A stretch of DNA of 64,000 bases from Spirochaetia bacterium. GTDB taxonomy: Bacteria > Spirochaetota > Spirochaetia > SZUA-6 > Bin103. Both the position numbers and the translations under genes were made by a program. The stretch covers positions 640,001 to 704,000 of the forward strand of contig CBDBOV010000003.1 in NCBI GenBank assembly GCA_965208575.1, in the 5' to 3' direction. Below, in pieces: positions 20,299 through 30,900 of this stretch. Every line of letters starts with the position of its first letter. Position 1 is the stretch's first letter. Under the pieces are notes generated by a model. The model saw only the letters and a program-made list of their open reading frames with translations, was not told the DNA's origin and did no database searches.

Positions 20299-22068
20299 CT
20301 AGCCGCCCATTTCCCTCTTCAGCGCCTGATCGATCCAGAGGCGGGCGAAGACGGCGTTCTTGTTCCAGACCCCCATGTAGAAGTCACCGTCGAAACCCTG
20401 CAGCCACGGCTGGGTGACGTTGAAGTATGGAATGAGGCCTCCCCACATGTGGATGTGGTTCTTTACGAGCCAGAAAACGGCCTCTCTCGCGAGCCGCTGG
20501 TGTTCCTCCGCGGTGGCAGCCACTTTCAGTTGCTCGATCAGTGCGTCGTACTCCGGGTCACAGAGTCCGGAGACGTTAACGTTGTCGCCGCACGTCATCT
20601 GGGGAAGACGAATCAGAGGGCGATACGGAGTGCCCTGACCCCAGTAGCTGATGCCGTCATAGTCGCCCTTGCCACCCTTGATCTTGGGGTGCATCGTAGC
20701 CCAGTCCTGTTGCCGGATCTCCGTCTGGACCCCGATCTCGGCAAGGTAGCCTTGGACGATCTCACGATGCGGGACGTTTGTGGGGAATCTGTAGTTGTCG
20801 GTCATCGTGAATCGGATGCCATCGGCGCCGCGCGGATACCCGGCCTCGTCGAGGAGCTTCTCGGCAGCTTCCGGGTCGTACCGGTAGTACTGCTTGACCT
20901 CCTCGGGCCACTCCGCATACGGAATCGCATTTCCGGTGAACGGCTGTAACTCCCCCATGGGTTCCGGCCGCATCCAACCCTTGTAGAAGGTGTTGTTGAT
21001 CGTATCGAGGTCGACCGCCATCTGTATGGCGTGCCGCACGCGGATGTCGTCGAAGGGAGGCTTGGTCACGTTGAAGGCAGCGCTCTCCCCCGCCTGAAAA
21101 TACATCGCGTTCACCCTCAGCTCGGGGTTGGTCCGCTGCAGGCTTTCGACCGGGTCCACCGTCGTGAACCGCCCGTTGCTGTTGTGACCAAGGTAGTCGA
21201 TCTGGCCAGTACGCATGGCCGAGATGCGTGTCGCTTGGTCAGGCATGATCAGTCTGACCAGCTCGTCGGTGTAGGGCAGGCGGTTCTCGGGGTACTTCTC
21301 GTCGTGGCCCCAGTAGTCGGGGTTCTTGACCCAGGTCATCGAGCTGCCGTCGACCCAGTCCGTCAGCATGAAGGGACCGGTACCGACCAGGTTCCGCCAG
21401 TCGGCGACGTCGCCGTGCTGCTCGATCGCCTCGGGCGCGTTTACGAACCCGATATTGTCGTCGATCAGCACCGACAGCGCATCGAGGGGTGGATCTACCA
21501 GCTTGACCTCGACCGTGTATCTGTCGGTGGCGGTGACCGATTCCCATGACATCACGGGGTATCGGGTGTTCTGGTCGCTGGTGCGCCAGCGCGCGATGTT
21601 GTACACCACGTCGTCGGCCGTGAGCTCGCGACCGTTCATCGGTGCCTTGTCGTGCCAGCGAACGCCCTGACGGATGTGGAAGATATAGGTCGAAGGGTTG
21701 GGGATGTCCCAGCGTTCGGCCAGAGCCCCGGTGAAGTGGTCCTCGAGCAGGAACTCGATGGTGAGATCGTTCACGCTCCGATCTATGCCCCAGTTGGCGA
21801 TGCCGAGCTTCTCGACCACGCCGCTGGCGGCAAATCCTGCGCTGATACCACCGACCATCGCATCGGAGTTCGGAGGCTCCGACGAGGAGCCGTAGGTCAA
21901 CGTCCCACCATACTCCGGCGCCGTGTACACGATGCCGTTGGTGGGGTCGGTCACGTACCTCTTCTCGGCGGCGGCTGCCGCGCCGGCGCTCTCGCCTTCG
22001 CCGGCGGCGAACGAAACGGTGGCCGCCAGCGCGAACGCCAGTGCCATCGATACGAATCTGGAAACCAT
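20299..22068 (-). CDS. Family-5 ABC SBP, paralogue SBP3 (589 aa)
   Basis: Same RBS, length and motifs as SBP1. Confidence 0.92.
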   Translation of the reverse strand: MVSRFVSMALAFALAATVSFAAGEGESAGAAAAAEKRYVTDPTNGIVYTAPEYGGTLTYGSSSEPPNSDAMVGGISAGFAASGVVEKLGIANWGIDRSVNDLTIEFLLEDHFTGALAERWDIPNPSTYIFHIRQGVRWHDKAPMNGRELTADDVVYNIARWRTSDQNTRYPVMSWESVTATDRYTVEVKLVDPPLDALSVLIDDNIGFVNAPEAIEQHGDVADWRNLVGTGPFMLTDWVDGSSMTWVKNPDYWGHDEKYPENRLPYTDELVRLIMPDQATRISAMRTGQIDYLGHNSNGRFTTVDPVESLQRTNPELRVNAMYFQAGESAAFNVTKPPFDDIRVRHAIQMAVDLDTINNTFYKGWMRPEPMGELQPFTGNAIPYAEWPEEVKQYYRYDPEAAEKLLDEAGYPRGADGIRFTMTDNYRFPTNVPHREIVQGYLAEIGVQTEIRQQDWATMHPKIKGGKGDYDGISYWGQGTPYRPLIRLPQMTCGDNVNVSGLCDPEYDALIEQLKVAATAEEHQRLAREAVFWLVKNHIHMWGGLIPYFNVTQPWLQGFDGDFYMGVWNKNAVFARLWIDQALKREMGG

Positions 22069-22310
22069 GCTGGTTCCTCCTCTCGGGTCGCCATGGGGTG
22101 ACCCACTTGTGCGCTTGTTGCCGGCAACGCCGGCCGGTGTGGCTGGTGGATGAGGGAGATGCGGGTGGCTGGCCGAGGCAGTGGAACGGTGGATGTGCGG
22201 ACCTATGGCCGCCGCCGCTCGGCGGATCGATGGTGCCGCGGTCAACACCGCGCCGCGCACTCGGCCGTCGCGTGGTTGGCTCGGGCAGTTAGTTATAGTT
22301 AGCGGCGCGC

Positions 22311-22339
22311 GGTAGTCGGGTAGTCGGGTAGTCGGGTAG
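22311..22339. repeat. (GGTAGTCG)x3 + GGTAG in the SBP3 leader
   Basis: Read directly. Confidence 0.9.
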
Positions 22340-22367
22340 GGTCATGTCGCCACCCATTACCCGTGCG

Positions 22368-22396
22368 AGTATAGACGGCCCGCCCGGGTAGTGCAA
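22368..22396 (-). promoter_or_regulatory. sigma70 promoter of SBP3
   Basis: TTGCAC-17-TATACT. Confidence 0.8.
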
Positions 22397-22580
22397 GGAC
22401 ACGCATCTACCGCAATCTACTGCCCCCGTCGCCTGGGCTTCCGGAGCCATGTGGGCGAACGACGTTGCCGTGGCTGGCGCCGGAGAAGCGCGTCGGTGAT
22501 GAGGGCGACGCCGGCGATCATGCCGCTGGACCGCTCGGACCGCTCCGTTGCCCCGGCGGGTTCCGTGCTACTATGCTACG

Positions 22581-25374
22581 GTGATGCAGACTGCGGCGGT
22601 CAGGGCTCGTCCGTTGCTCGCCGGCGCCGCCGCCAAGCGTCGCGGGCGTCCCGTTGCTGCTCGTCATCCTGGTGCCGTTCGCGGCGCTGAACCGGCTCCC
22701 CAAGCTGGATACGGTGCGCGAGGACCTGCGCGCCGCGCTCGCCCCCACCGCGCAGTGTTTTCAGGGGTTCTGCATCGAGGATCCCGAGCGGGCGGGCGAA
22801 CGGAGTGGCTTCTTCGACCGTTGGTGGCGATTCTCCGTGACCTACCTGCAGCTCGTTGCCGTCGGGATGTTGTTTGCGTTTGCCGCCGCCGCCATTGCCG
22901 AGGCGTTCCTGGTCTCCGACCTGTCGGTGCGTGCAGGCCCCGCTACCGCGGCCGCTGGACGCGGGCGTTGGCGGCGCATCCTGAAGGGCGTCGGTCTCGG
23001 CCCCGTGCTCAACCTCTGCTCGGCATGCGTCGCTCCGGTGTCCAGCACGCTGCGCCGCGGCGGCATGGGAGTGGAGGGCGCGCTCGCCCTGGTGCACGGA
23101 TCGGCCACCCTGAACGTGCCGTCGCTGCTGATGATCGCCGTGGTGTTCACCCCGCTGCTCGGTGCAAGCCGGCTCGTTCTCGGGCTGGTCGCAGCGTTCT
23201 CGCTGGGGCCCCTGGTCGCGTGGGCGGTGCGGCGGCGCGGCGCGCGCCTCGACCACTGCGCGGGCGCCGAGCTCGCCTGTGCGGTGCCGGCCGTGGCAGC
23301 GGAGACGGCGACCTGGTCGGAGGTGCTGCGCACCGGCGGCGCGGCATGGCTGCGCTCGTTCGCCCGCCTGGTGCGGCGCATGTTGCCGCTCATGATCGTG
23401 GCCGGCTTCGCCAGCGGCGCGGCGATCCAGGCGTTGCAGCCAGAGACCGTTACCGCCTACCTCGGCGACAGCCTGCTGGGGGTGGTAATCGCGGCGACGC
23501 TCGGGGTGCTGATCAACGTGCCGCTGCTGTTCGAGATCCCGCTGGTCGCGCTGCTGCTGATCCTCGGCGCCGGTACGGCGCCGGCGGCGGCCCTGCTGTT
23601 CGCCGCCGCCGCCGCCGGGCCGGTTACCTTCCTCGCGCTTGCCAAGGCCCTCGGGCGCCGCGGCGTCGCCGTCTACGCGGGCGGCACCTGGGCGATCGCC
23701 GTGCTCGGGGGATGCGCGGTGCTGCTGGTGGGGGCGCTGCTGGGGCCGGAGCGGGCGGCGCTGCGACTCGACGGTGGTCCGGCTACGGACGCCACCGGCC
23801 ACGTCGGCGCCGTGCCCAACGCCATCGTGCTGGCCACCTGCGCCGGTGAGCCGGCGCCGTGCCCGGAGCAGAGCGGACTCCGTTGGCCGCACACGCCCAC
23901 CATCCATGGGCACTCGGTGACCAGTGCCGGGGGCGCCGTCGGCGACTTCGACCGGGACGGTTGGCAGGACCTGTTCGTGCCGTCGGGCGGCACCTCGCCC
24001 GACCGGCTGTACATGAACAACGGCGACGGCACGTTCACGGACCGCGCCGCCGAGGCCGGAATCGCGGCCCGCCATCACGGCTACGGCGCGGCCGTCGGCG
24101 ACGTGGACGGCGATGGCTGGCTCGACATCTTCGTCATCAGCTACGGCAGCGTGGACCAGCGCTTCACCATGCCCGGCAACCACCGCCTGTACCGCAACAA
24201 CGGCGACGGCACGTTCACCGACATCGCCGCCCGCGCGGGGGTGGCGACCACCAGCCTCAAGCAGCCGACCGGCACCGGGGCCAGCTTCGGCGACTACGAC
24301 CTCGACGGCGACCTGGACCTGGCCGTGGCCTCGTGGTTCTACGGCGAGGGGGGCAACGCGCTGTTCCGGAACAACGGCGACGGGACGTTCGAGAACGTGA
24401 CCTCACTGCTGCCATTCGGTGGCAAGCGTGCCCCGATGGGGTATACGCCGCTGTTCGCCGACATGGACGGCGACCGCTATCCCGAGTTGCTGTGGGCCGC
24501 CGACTACTTCACCAGCAGCTACCTGCGCAACGACGGCGGTGGCGGCTTCACCGACATCACCGCGCAATCCGGGACCGGGCTGGACGCCAACGGCATGGGC
24601 GCAGCGGCAGCCGATCTCGACAACGACGGCAGGCTCGACTGGTTCGTGACCTCGATCAGCACACGGTATGCGGTCGACAAGGCGCCGGGTACCGGGAACT
24701 TCCTGTACCGCAACCAGGGCGGCCATCGCTACGAGTCGGTCGGCGACCGCGCGGGGGTCAAGGAGGGCGGCTGGGGATGGGGTGCCGTCGCGGTGGACCT
24801 GGACCACGACGGCTGGCTCGACCTGGTGCAGACCAACGGCTGGGAGGGGCCCAACGGCCGCGACGATCCCGAGTGGGCGTCCGAGACGACCAGGGTGTTC
24901 CGCAACCTCACCGCCGCCTCGTCTGAACTGACCTTCGCCGACGTCGCCGAACAAGCGGGCCTCGTGCACCGCGGGCAGGGCCGGGGAGTGGTTCACCTCG
25001 ACTATGACAATGACGGCGACCAGGACCTGGTCATCTTCAACAACGCGGAACTACCCACGCTGGTGCGCAACGAACTCGACGCGGGCAGCGACGGCGCCGG
25101 GCGCTGGCTGCGCGTGTTTCTGGACACGGCAGCGCGTGCGGATCTGGCGCCCGACGGGTTCGGCAGCCTGGTCGCGGTGCGCGCCGGCGATCTTCGCCAG
25201 GTGCGCTACGTCGGCGCGGCGGCCGGCTACCTCGGCCCGTCCGAGCTGTCGGCCCACTTCGGTCTCGGCGCCGCGCCGGTGGTGGACGAGTTGCAGGTGC
25301 ACTGGGCCGACGGCAGCACCTCCACCTACCACCAGGTGCCCACCAACCGCACACTCACCATCACGGCCCGTTGA
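22581..25374 (+). CDS. Permease-FG-GAP-ASPIC/UnbV fusion, copy B
   Basis: Near-identical to copy A. Main ORF is 22654-25374. The likely start GTG 22581 (after TG-c-TACTAT) is out of frame. Confidence 0.8.
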
Positions 25375-25440
25375 TGCGTCCAACGGCGGCACCCGCTGCG
25401 CGAACTCATCTCGCGGCGTTCCATCACCAACCGACAAACA

Positions 25441-25504
25441 ACTAACCGCTCCGGCTGATCGCCCGGTACGTGACCCGCGCACGCCGTCGCCTTCACCACC
25501 GCCG
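25441..25504. repeat. Dispersed ~65-bp repeat (second copy at 57560-57624)
   Basis: TAACCG.TCCGGCTGATCGCCCGGTACG.GACCC(C)GCGCACGCCGTCGCCTTCACCACCGCCG. Confidence 0.85.
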
Positions 25505-25552
25505 AGGCGATCCGCTCGGACCAGCGCGTGTGCACCACACCGGTGTTCGCGG

Positions 25553-25870
25553 TTAGAGCCGGCTTTTCCAGTAACCAGGCTTGCGACGATCGTGGGCGAC
25601 AGCGAGCACTCGGATCGTGGCTTCGGTCTCGTGGTTGATGTAGACGACATGGTACGGGAAGCGCTTGACAGGTGCGCGCCGCACACGCAGTTCGGCAGGC
25701 ACTCGAGGCACGAACACACCTGCACGTGGGAAGCGAACGATATGGGCCAGGGTGGCGTCTACCGTGTCGAGGAACTCGGTGCCCAATCCGGCTCGCTGGT
25801 CGTCGTACCAGCGGGCGGCAGCGCGGTATTCCTGTTCTGCCTCGTCTTCAAACCGGATGGCGCGGGTCAC
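25553..25870 (-). CDS. RelE/ParE-family toxin
   Basis: AEQEYRAAARWYDDQRAGLGTEF...RFPYHVVY...VLAVAHDRRKPGYW. Confidence 0.9.
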   Translation of the reverse strand: MTRAIRFEDEAEQEYRAAARWYDDQRAGLGTEFLDTVDATLAHIVRFPRAGVFVPRVPAELRVRRAPVKRFPYHVVYINHETEATIRVLAVAHDRRKPGYWKSRL

Positions 25871-26109
25871 CGCCGACGCAACTCGTCTTCGGCTCGCCGT
25901 CTCACATCTTCCCAGGGAGTCCCAGCTGATTGGCCGGAGAGAATCCGCCGGGCCCGCCGCTCGATTTCAGCGGCCCAGGCTGTCTCGACATCCTGCATGT
26001 CGCTTTCGGCCTCGTCCAGGCTGACGAGCAATTCGGCAGCCACATCGGCGCGTTCTTCGGCAGGCAGCGTCAGGGCTTCGCGGAGAAGCTGTTGCGTACG
26101 AGAGGTCAT
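25867..26109 (-). CDS. Addiction-module antitoxin
   Basis: EALTLPAEERADVAAELLVSLD...AWAAEIERR...PWEDV; GTGA overlap with the toxin. Confidence 0.88.
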   Translation of the reverse strand: MTSRTQQLLREALTLPAEERADVAAELLVSLDEAESDMQDVETAWAAEIERRARRILSGQSAGTPWEDVRRRAEDELRRR

Positions 26110-26197
26110 AGCGGCATTCTAACCGCGGTGAGGCAGGCCACCAAGTCGGTCACCCAGGCGCTTTGATCTGGTGGGGGCTTTGCGGGCGGTGCCAGCT

Positions 26198-26521
26198 CTA
26201 CGTCAGTCCGAGCTGGACTCGCAAGGCTCGTTCGACGGAGTCCATGTCCTGGCCTGTCAGGATGCCGAGCCGCCTGGTCAGCCGATGCTTGGCAGTGGTC
26301 GTGATCTGATCGGCCATGGCCTTCTGTCGTCGGCTGCCAACATGTACCAGAGCCTCGCTCGGATACACTCTGCGAGTAGCTGATGTCAGCGGCACGACCT
26401 GCACGCGATTGAGATGCCGATTCGCTGCGTCGTTGCTTACGATGACCGCAGGGCGTCGCTTTCGGACTTCGCCTCCCTGGCCCGATTCAAACGAAACCCA
26501 CCACACCTCACCGCGGGTCAT
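26198..26521 (-). CDS. MazF/PemK-family toxin
   Basis: RGEVWWVSF...GGEVRKRRPAVIVSND...VVPLTS...ADQI. Confidence 0.92.
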   Translation of the reverse strand: MTRGEVWWVSFESGQGGEVRKRRPAVIVSNDAANRHLNRVQVVPLTSATRRVYPSEALVHVGSRRQKAMADQITTTAKHRLTRRLGILTGQDMDSVERALRVQLGLT

Positions 26522-26738
26522 CTTTCACGTCGCCCAGGAGAGCCTCCGACCACTCCTCGGCGTCCCGCTCCCGGTTCTCGTCGCGGGCCATCTCCTCATA
26601 GACCGGATCAAGATCGGCGTCGACCACATGCGGGCGTACGATCTCTTCTATGAACCGAGCGATCTTTCTGGGCCCTACCTTTCTGTACAGACCTTCGTAG
26701 ACGGCTTCGTCAATCGTGATGGTGAGCTTCCGCTGCAT
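26508..26738 (-). CDS. Antitoxin of the MazF module
   Basis: MQRKLTITIDEAVYEGLY...YEEMARDENRERDAEEWSE. Overlaps the toxin; an upstream palindrome TTACACGTGTAA (26753-26764) could be the operator. Confidence 0.8.
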   Translation of the reverse strand: MQRKLTITIDEAVYEGLYRKVGPRKIARFIEEIVRPHVVDADLDPVYEEMARDENRERDAEEWSEALLGDVKDDPR

Positions 26739-26821
26739 GAGTAACACGTATATTACACGTGTAACAGCACAGTCAAGCTCGATGGCTCCGCGACAGAGAG
26801 CTCCGGCCAGAGCCTATCTAC

Positions 26822-27757
26822 CTACGCTCTTTTCGCCGGCTCGCGGCCCAGGCGGCCGCCGCCGCCCCGCAGGCGCGGGTCGAGCAGGTCGCGCACCGCG
26901 TCGCCGAACATGTTCAGGCTGTAGACCAGCACGGTCAGGAAGATGCCGGGCCAGAACGCCAGCCACGGCGCCTGCTCCATGTACTCGCGGCCTTCGCGGC
27001 TCAGCATACCACCCCAACTGGGAACCTCCAGTGGCAGACCGAAGCCGAGAAAGCTCAAGCTGGCCTCACTGATGATCACCGCACCGATGTTGATGCTGAA
27101 CACGATGATCACGGGAGCGACGATGTTGGGCACCACGTGCCACACGAGCGTCCTCCATCGCGAGGACCCGATCGCCTCGGCCGCCTGAAAGTACGCGTTC
27201 TCCTTGATCGCGATTACGGCGCTTCTGACCACCCGCGAGCCGCCGATGCCGCCGGTAACGCCAAGGACCACGATGGTCTGCACCAGCCCCTGCCCGACGA
27301 TGGACATGATGGTCAACAGGATCAGCAGTCCGGGTATCGACACCCAGGCGTCGACGAATCGTTGGGTCGCCAGGTCCACGTTACCGCCAACGAATCCGGA
27401 GGCACCGCCGACCACCATGGCGACCACGACGTTGAGGGCGGTCGCGGCCAGGCCAACGGTCAGCGAAACACGGGCGCCGTAGATCAGGCGGGTCAGCAGG
27501 TCGCGTCCGACATGATCGGTGCCGAGCAGGAAGCGCGCCGAGGGGCCGCTGAGCCGATCGGCCAGGCTCATCTCCAGCATTCCGTAGGGAGCCAGCACGT
27601 CGGCGAAGATGGCGGTCAGCGCGAACAGCACGATGATGATCCCGCTGGCGGTTCCCAGCGGTTTCTCCTTCCACAGCCGGGCGAAGAAGTAGGCGGCGCC
27701 GGCGCGGGTCTTCGGCTCGCTGGGCTCGCTCACCGCGGTGGTCTGTCTGTCACTCAT
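26822..27757 (-). CDS. ABC transporter permease, DppC/OppC-like
   Basis: LGTDHVGRDL, EAA loop (YFQAAEAIGSS), LSFLGFG, WGGML, GDAVRDLLDP. Confidence 0.92.
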   Translation of the reverse strand: MSDRQTTAVSEPSEPKTRAGAAYFFARLWKEKPLGTASGIIIVLFALTAIFADVLAPYGMLEMSLADRLSGPSARFLLGTDHVGRDLLTRLIYGARVSLTVGLAATALNVVVAMVVGGASGFVGGNVDLATQRFVDAWVSIPGLLILLTIMSIVGQGLVQTIVVLGVTGGIGGSRVVRSAVIAIKENAYFQAAEAIGSSRWRTLVWHVVPNIVAPVIIVFSINIGAVIISEASLSFLGFGLPLEVPSWGGMLSREGREYMEQAPWLAFWPGIFLTVLVYSLNMFGDAVRDLLDPRLRGGGGRLGREPAKRA

Positions 27758-28706
27758 AGCGGATTCTCGGATCGAGGAACCCATACGTCAGGTCGATGAG
27801 CACGTTCCCCACCACGACGAAGCTGCCAAACAGCAGGTTGATTCCCGACACCACCGTGTAGTCTCGGTCTTCGAGCGCATTCAGCATCAGACGACCCAGC
27901 CCAGGCAGATTGAAGATGTTCTCCATGATGACCGAGCCGCCCACCAGGATGGGCAGCTGCAAGCCCACCAGCGTGATCACCGGGATGATGGCGTTCTTGA
28001 CCGCGTGCCGCACGACCACCGCCCGCTCCTTCAGCCCCTTGGACCAGGCGGTGCGGACATAGTCCTGCCGTAGCACCTCCAGCATCATGGTGCGTGTCAT
28101 CCGCATGGTGGCCGCGGCCATCGCCGTTCCCAGGATGGCGCCGGGAATGAGGAACATCCCCAGGTTCCCCAGCGGGTCGGCGCTGAACCGGATGAGCCGC
28201 ATCGGCGGTGACCAGCCCCACCAGATTGCCGGGTAGAGCATGACCATCAACGCCAGCCAGAAGTTGGGCGTTGCCAGGCCGACGACGGCAACCGAGCGTC
28301 CCACGTAGTCGGGGGTGGTATCCTGGCGGATCGCCGAGTAGATGCCCACCGGCAGGGCGATCAGCAGCCCGATCACCAGCGCCGTCACGCCGAGCTGAAT
28401 CGTCACCGGCAACCTGCCCGCTATCTTCTCGTTTACGGAGAAGCGGCCGAGCAGGGATTGACCCAGGCTCCCGTGCAGCACGATGTCGCCCAGCCAGCGC
28501 GCGTACTGCACGGGAATGGGCTGGTCCAAGCCGAGCTTGCGCTCGAGAGCTTCGCGGTCGATCTCGCCGGCGGTGAAGGCGAAGTCGGCCTGCATGGCGT
28601 CGATGACATCGCCGGGGATGAACCGGACCAGCAGAAAGACGATCATGCTCAGGATCAGGAGCGTAGGGACGACCAGCAGCACCCTTCTGATGACGTACGC
28701 TCTCAT
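27750..28706 (-). CDS. ABC transporter permease, DppB/OppB-like
   Basis: RFIPGD, LGLDQP, QDYVRTAWSKGL, FNLPGLG, LDPRIRY. Confidence 0.93.
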   Translation of the reverse strand: MRAYVIRRVLLVVPTLLILSMIVFLLVRFIPGDVIDAMQADFAFTAGEIDREALERKLGLDQPIPVQYARWLGDIVLHGSLGQSLLGRFSVNEKIAGRLPVTIQLGVTALVIGLLIALPVGIYSAIRQDTTPDYVGRSVAVVGLATPNFWLALMVMLYPAIWWGWSPPMRLIRFSADPLGNLGMFLIPGAILGTAMAAATMRMTRTMMLEVLRQDYVRTAWSKGLKERAVVVRHAVKNAIIPVITLVGLQLPILVGGSVIMENIFNLPGLGRLMLNALEDRDYTVVSGINLLFGSFVVVGNVLIDLTYGFLDPRIRYE

Positions 28707-28723
28707 GGCAGATACCTGGTTGT

Positions 28724-28763
28724 GAGGGAGCCGGGAAGCTTGCGCGAGGCTTCCGGCTCCCTC
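28724..28763 (-). terminator. Stem-loop between SBP4 and dppB
   Basis: GAGGGAGCCGGGAAGCTT...AGGCTTCCGGCTCCCTC. Confidence 0.6.
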
Positions 28764-28774
28764 ATATGGCGTAA

Positions 28775-30544
28775 CTAGCCGCCCATTTCTTTCTTCAGCG
28801 CCTGGTCGATCCAGAGGCGGGCATAGACGGCGTTCTTGTTCCAGACCCCCATGTAGAAGTCACCGTCGAAGCCCTGCAGCCACGGCTGGGTGACGTTGAA
28901 CCATGGATTCAGGCCTCCCCACATGAAGATGTGGTTCTCCACGAGCCAGTAATCTGCCTCTTTGCCGAGCCGCTGATATTCCTCCGCGGTGGCAGCCACT
29001 CTCAGTTGCTCGATCAGTGCGTCGTACTCCGGGTCACTGAGTCCGGGGACGTTATTGTCGGCGCCGGACGCCTTGTGGGGCAGAATAATGAGAGGGCGAT
29101 ATGGGGTTCCCTGACTCCAGTTGCCGATGCCGTCATACTCGCCCTTGCCACCCCGGAAGCTGGCCTGGAACGTAGGCCAGTCCATTTGCCGGATCTCGAC
29201 CTGGACCCCGATCTCGGCAAGGTAGCCCTGGACGATCTCACGATGCCCGATACTCGCGGGGTTGGCGATGATGTCGCTGATCGTGAATCGAATGCCGTCG
29301 GCGCCGCGCGGATACCCGGCCTCGTCGAGGAGCTTCTCGGCAGCTTCCGGGTCGTACCGGTAGTACTGCTTGACCTCCTCGGGCCACTCCGCATACGGAA
29401 TCGCAAATCCGGTGGCGGGCTGTATCGACCCCATGGGTTCGGGCCGCATCCAACCCTTGTAGTAGGTGTTGTTGATCGTTTCGAGGTCGACCGCCATCTG
29501 TATTGCGTGGCGCACGCGGATGTCGTCGAAGGGTGGCTTGGTCACGTTGAAGGCAGCGCTCTCCCCCGCCCGAAAATAGTACGCGTTCACCCTCAGTTCG
29601 GGGTTGGTCCGCTGCAGGCTGTCGATCGGGTCCACCGTGAAGAACTGACCGTGGCCGTTGTGCGCCAGGTAGTCGATCTGGCCGGTGCGCATGGCCGATA
29701 CGCGCGTCGCTTGGTCTGGCATGATCAGTCTGACCAACTCGTCGACGTAGGGCAGGCGGTTCTCGGGGTACTTCTCGTCGTGGCCCCAGTAGTCGGGATT
29801 CTTGACCCAGGTCATGGAGCTGCCGTCGACCCAGTCCGTCAGCATGAAGGGACCGGTACCGACCAGGTTCCGCCAGTCGGCGACGTCGCCGTGCTGCTCG
29901 ATCACCTCGGGGGCGTTTACGAACCCGATATTGTCGTCGATCAGCACCAACAGCGCATCGAGGGGTGGATCTACCAGCTTGACCTCGACCGTATATTTGT
30001 CGGTGGCGGTGACCGATTCCCATGACATCGCGGGGTATCGGGTGTTCTGGTCGCTGGTGCGCCAGCGCTCGATGTTGTACACCACGTCCTCGGCGGTCAG
30101 CTCGCGACCGTTCATCGGCGCCTTGTCGTGCCAGCGAACGCCCTGACGGATGTGGAAGATATAGGTCGAAGGGTCGGGGATGTCCCAGCTTTCGGCCAGA
30201 GCCGGGGCAAAATGGTCTTCGAGCAGGAACTCGTTGGCGAGATTGTTCACGCTCCGATCGATGCCCCAGTTGGCGATGCCGAGCTTCTCGACGACGCCGC
30301 TGGCGGCAGATCCTGCCCCGATACCACCGACCATCGCGTCGGAGTTCGGCGGCTCCCACGAGGCGCCGTAGGTCAGCGTCCCACCATACTCCGGCGCCGT
30401 GTACACGATGCCGTTGGTGGGATCGGTGACGTACTTCTTGTCGGCGGCGGCTGCCGCGCCGGCGCTCTCGCTCTCGCCGGCGGCGAACGAAACGGTGGCC
30501 GCCAGCGCGAACGCCAGTGCCATCGATACGAATCTGGAAACCAT
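28775..30544 (-). CDS. Family-5 ABC SBP, paralogue SBP4 (589 aa), the only copy with intact permeases
   Basis: Same RBS, length and motifs; followed by dppB-dppC. Confidence 0.92.
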   Translation of the reverse strand: MVSRFVSMALAFALAATVSFAAGESESAGAAAAADKKYVTDPTNGIVYTAPEYGGTLTYGASWEPPNSDAMVGGIGAGSAASGVVEKLGIANWGIDRSVNNLANEFLLEDHFAPALAESWDIPDPSTYIFHIRQGVRWHDKAPMNGRELTAEDVVYNIERWRTSDQNTRYPAMSWESVTATDKYTVEVKLVDPPLDALLVLIDDNIGFVNAPEVIEQHGDVADWRNLVGTGPFMLTDWVDGSSMTWVKNPDYWGHDEKYPENRLPYVDELVRLIMPDQATRVSAMRTGQIDYLAHNGHGQFFTVDPIDSLQRTNPELRVNAYYFRAGESAAFNVTKPPFDDIRVRHAIQMAVDLETINNTYYKGWMRPEPMGSIQPATGFAIPYAEWPEEVKQYYRYDPEAAEKLLDEAGYPRGADGIRFTISDIIANPASIGHREIVQGYLAEIGVQVEIRQMDWPTFQASFRGGKGEYDGIGNWSQGTPYRPLIILPHKASGADNNVPGLSDPEYDALIEQLRVAATAEEYQRLGKEADYWLVENHIFMWGGLNPWFNVTQPWLQGFDGDFYMGVWNKNAVYARLWIDQALKKEMGG

Positions 30545-30854
30545 ACTGGTTCCTCCTCTCGGGCCGCCATGCGGTGACCCACTTGTGCGCTTGCTGCCGG
30601 CAACGCCGGCCGGTGTGGCTGGTGGATGGGGGAGATGAAAGAGATGCGGGTGGCTGGCCGAGGCAGTGGAACGGTGGATGTGCGGACCTATGGCCGCCGC
30701 CGCTACGCTGATCGACGGTGCCGCGGTCAGCACCACGCCGCGCGCTCGGTCGTCGCGTGCTTGGCTCGGGCGCTTCGCTGTGCACAACTGTCCGGTTAGT
30801 GCGGACATCAGGCGGCGGCTGGGCTGGATCATGTCGTCACCCATTACCCATGCA

Positions 30855-30884
30855 AGTATAGACGGCCCGCTCGGGTCAGCGCAA
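30855..30884 (-). promoter_or_regulatory. sigma70 promoter of SBP4
   Basis: TTGCGC-18-TATACT. Confidence 0.7.
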
Positions 30885-30900
30885 GTTCGCGCATTGACTC

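Noticed and set aside
2212-30544. Diversity-generating retroelement behind the SBP variation
   Set aside because: No reverse transcriptase or template repeat is in the window. Variation is spread over many segments of full-length genes and shows no obvious adenine restriction.
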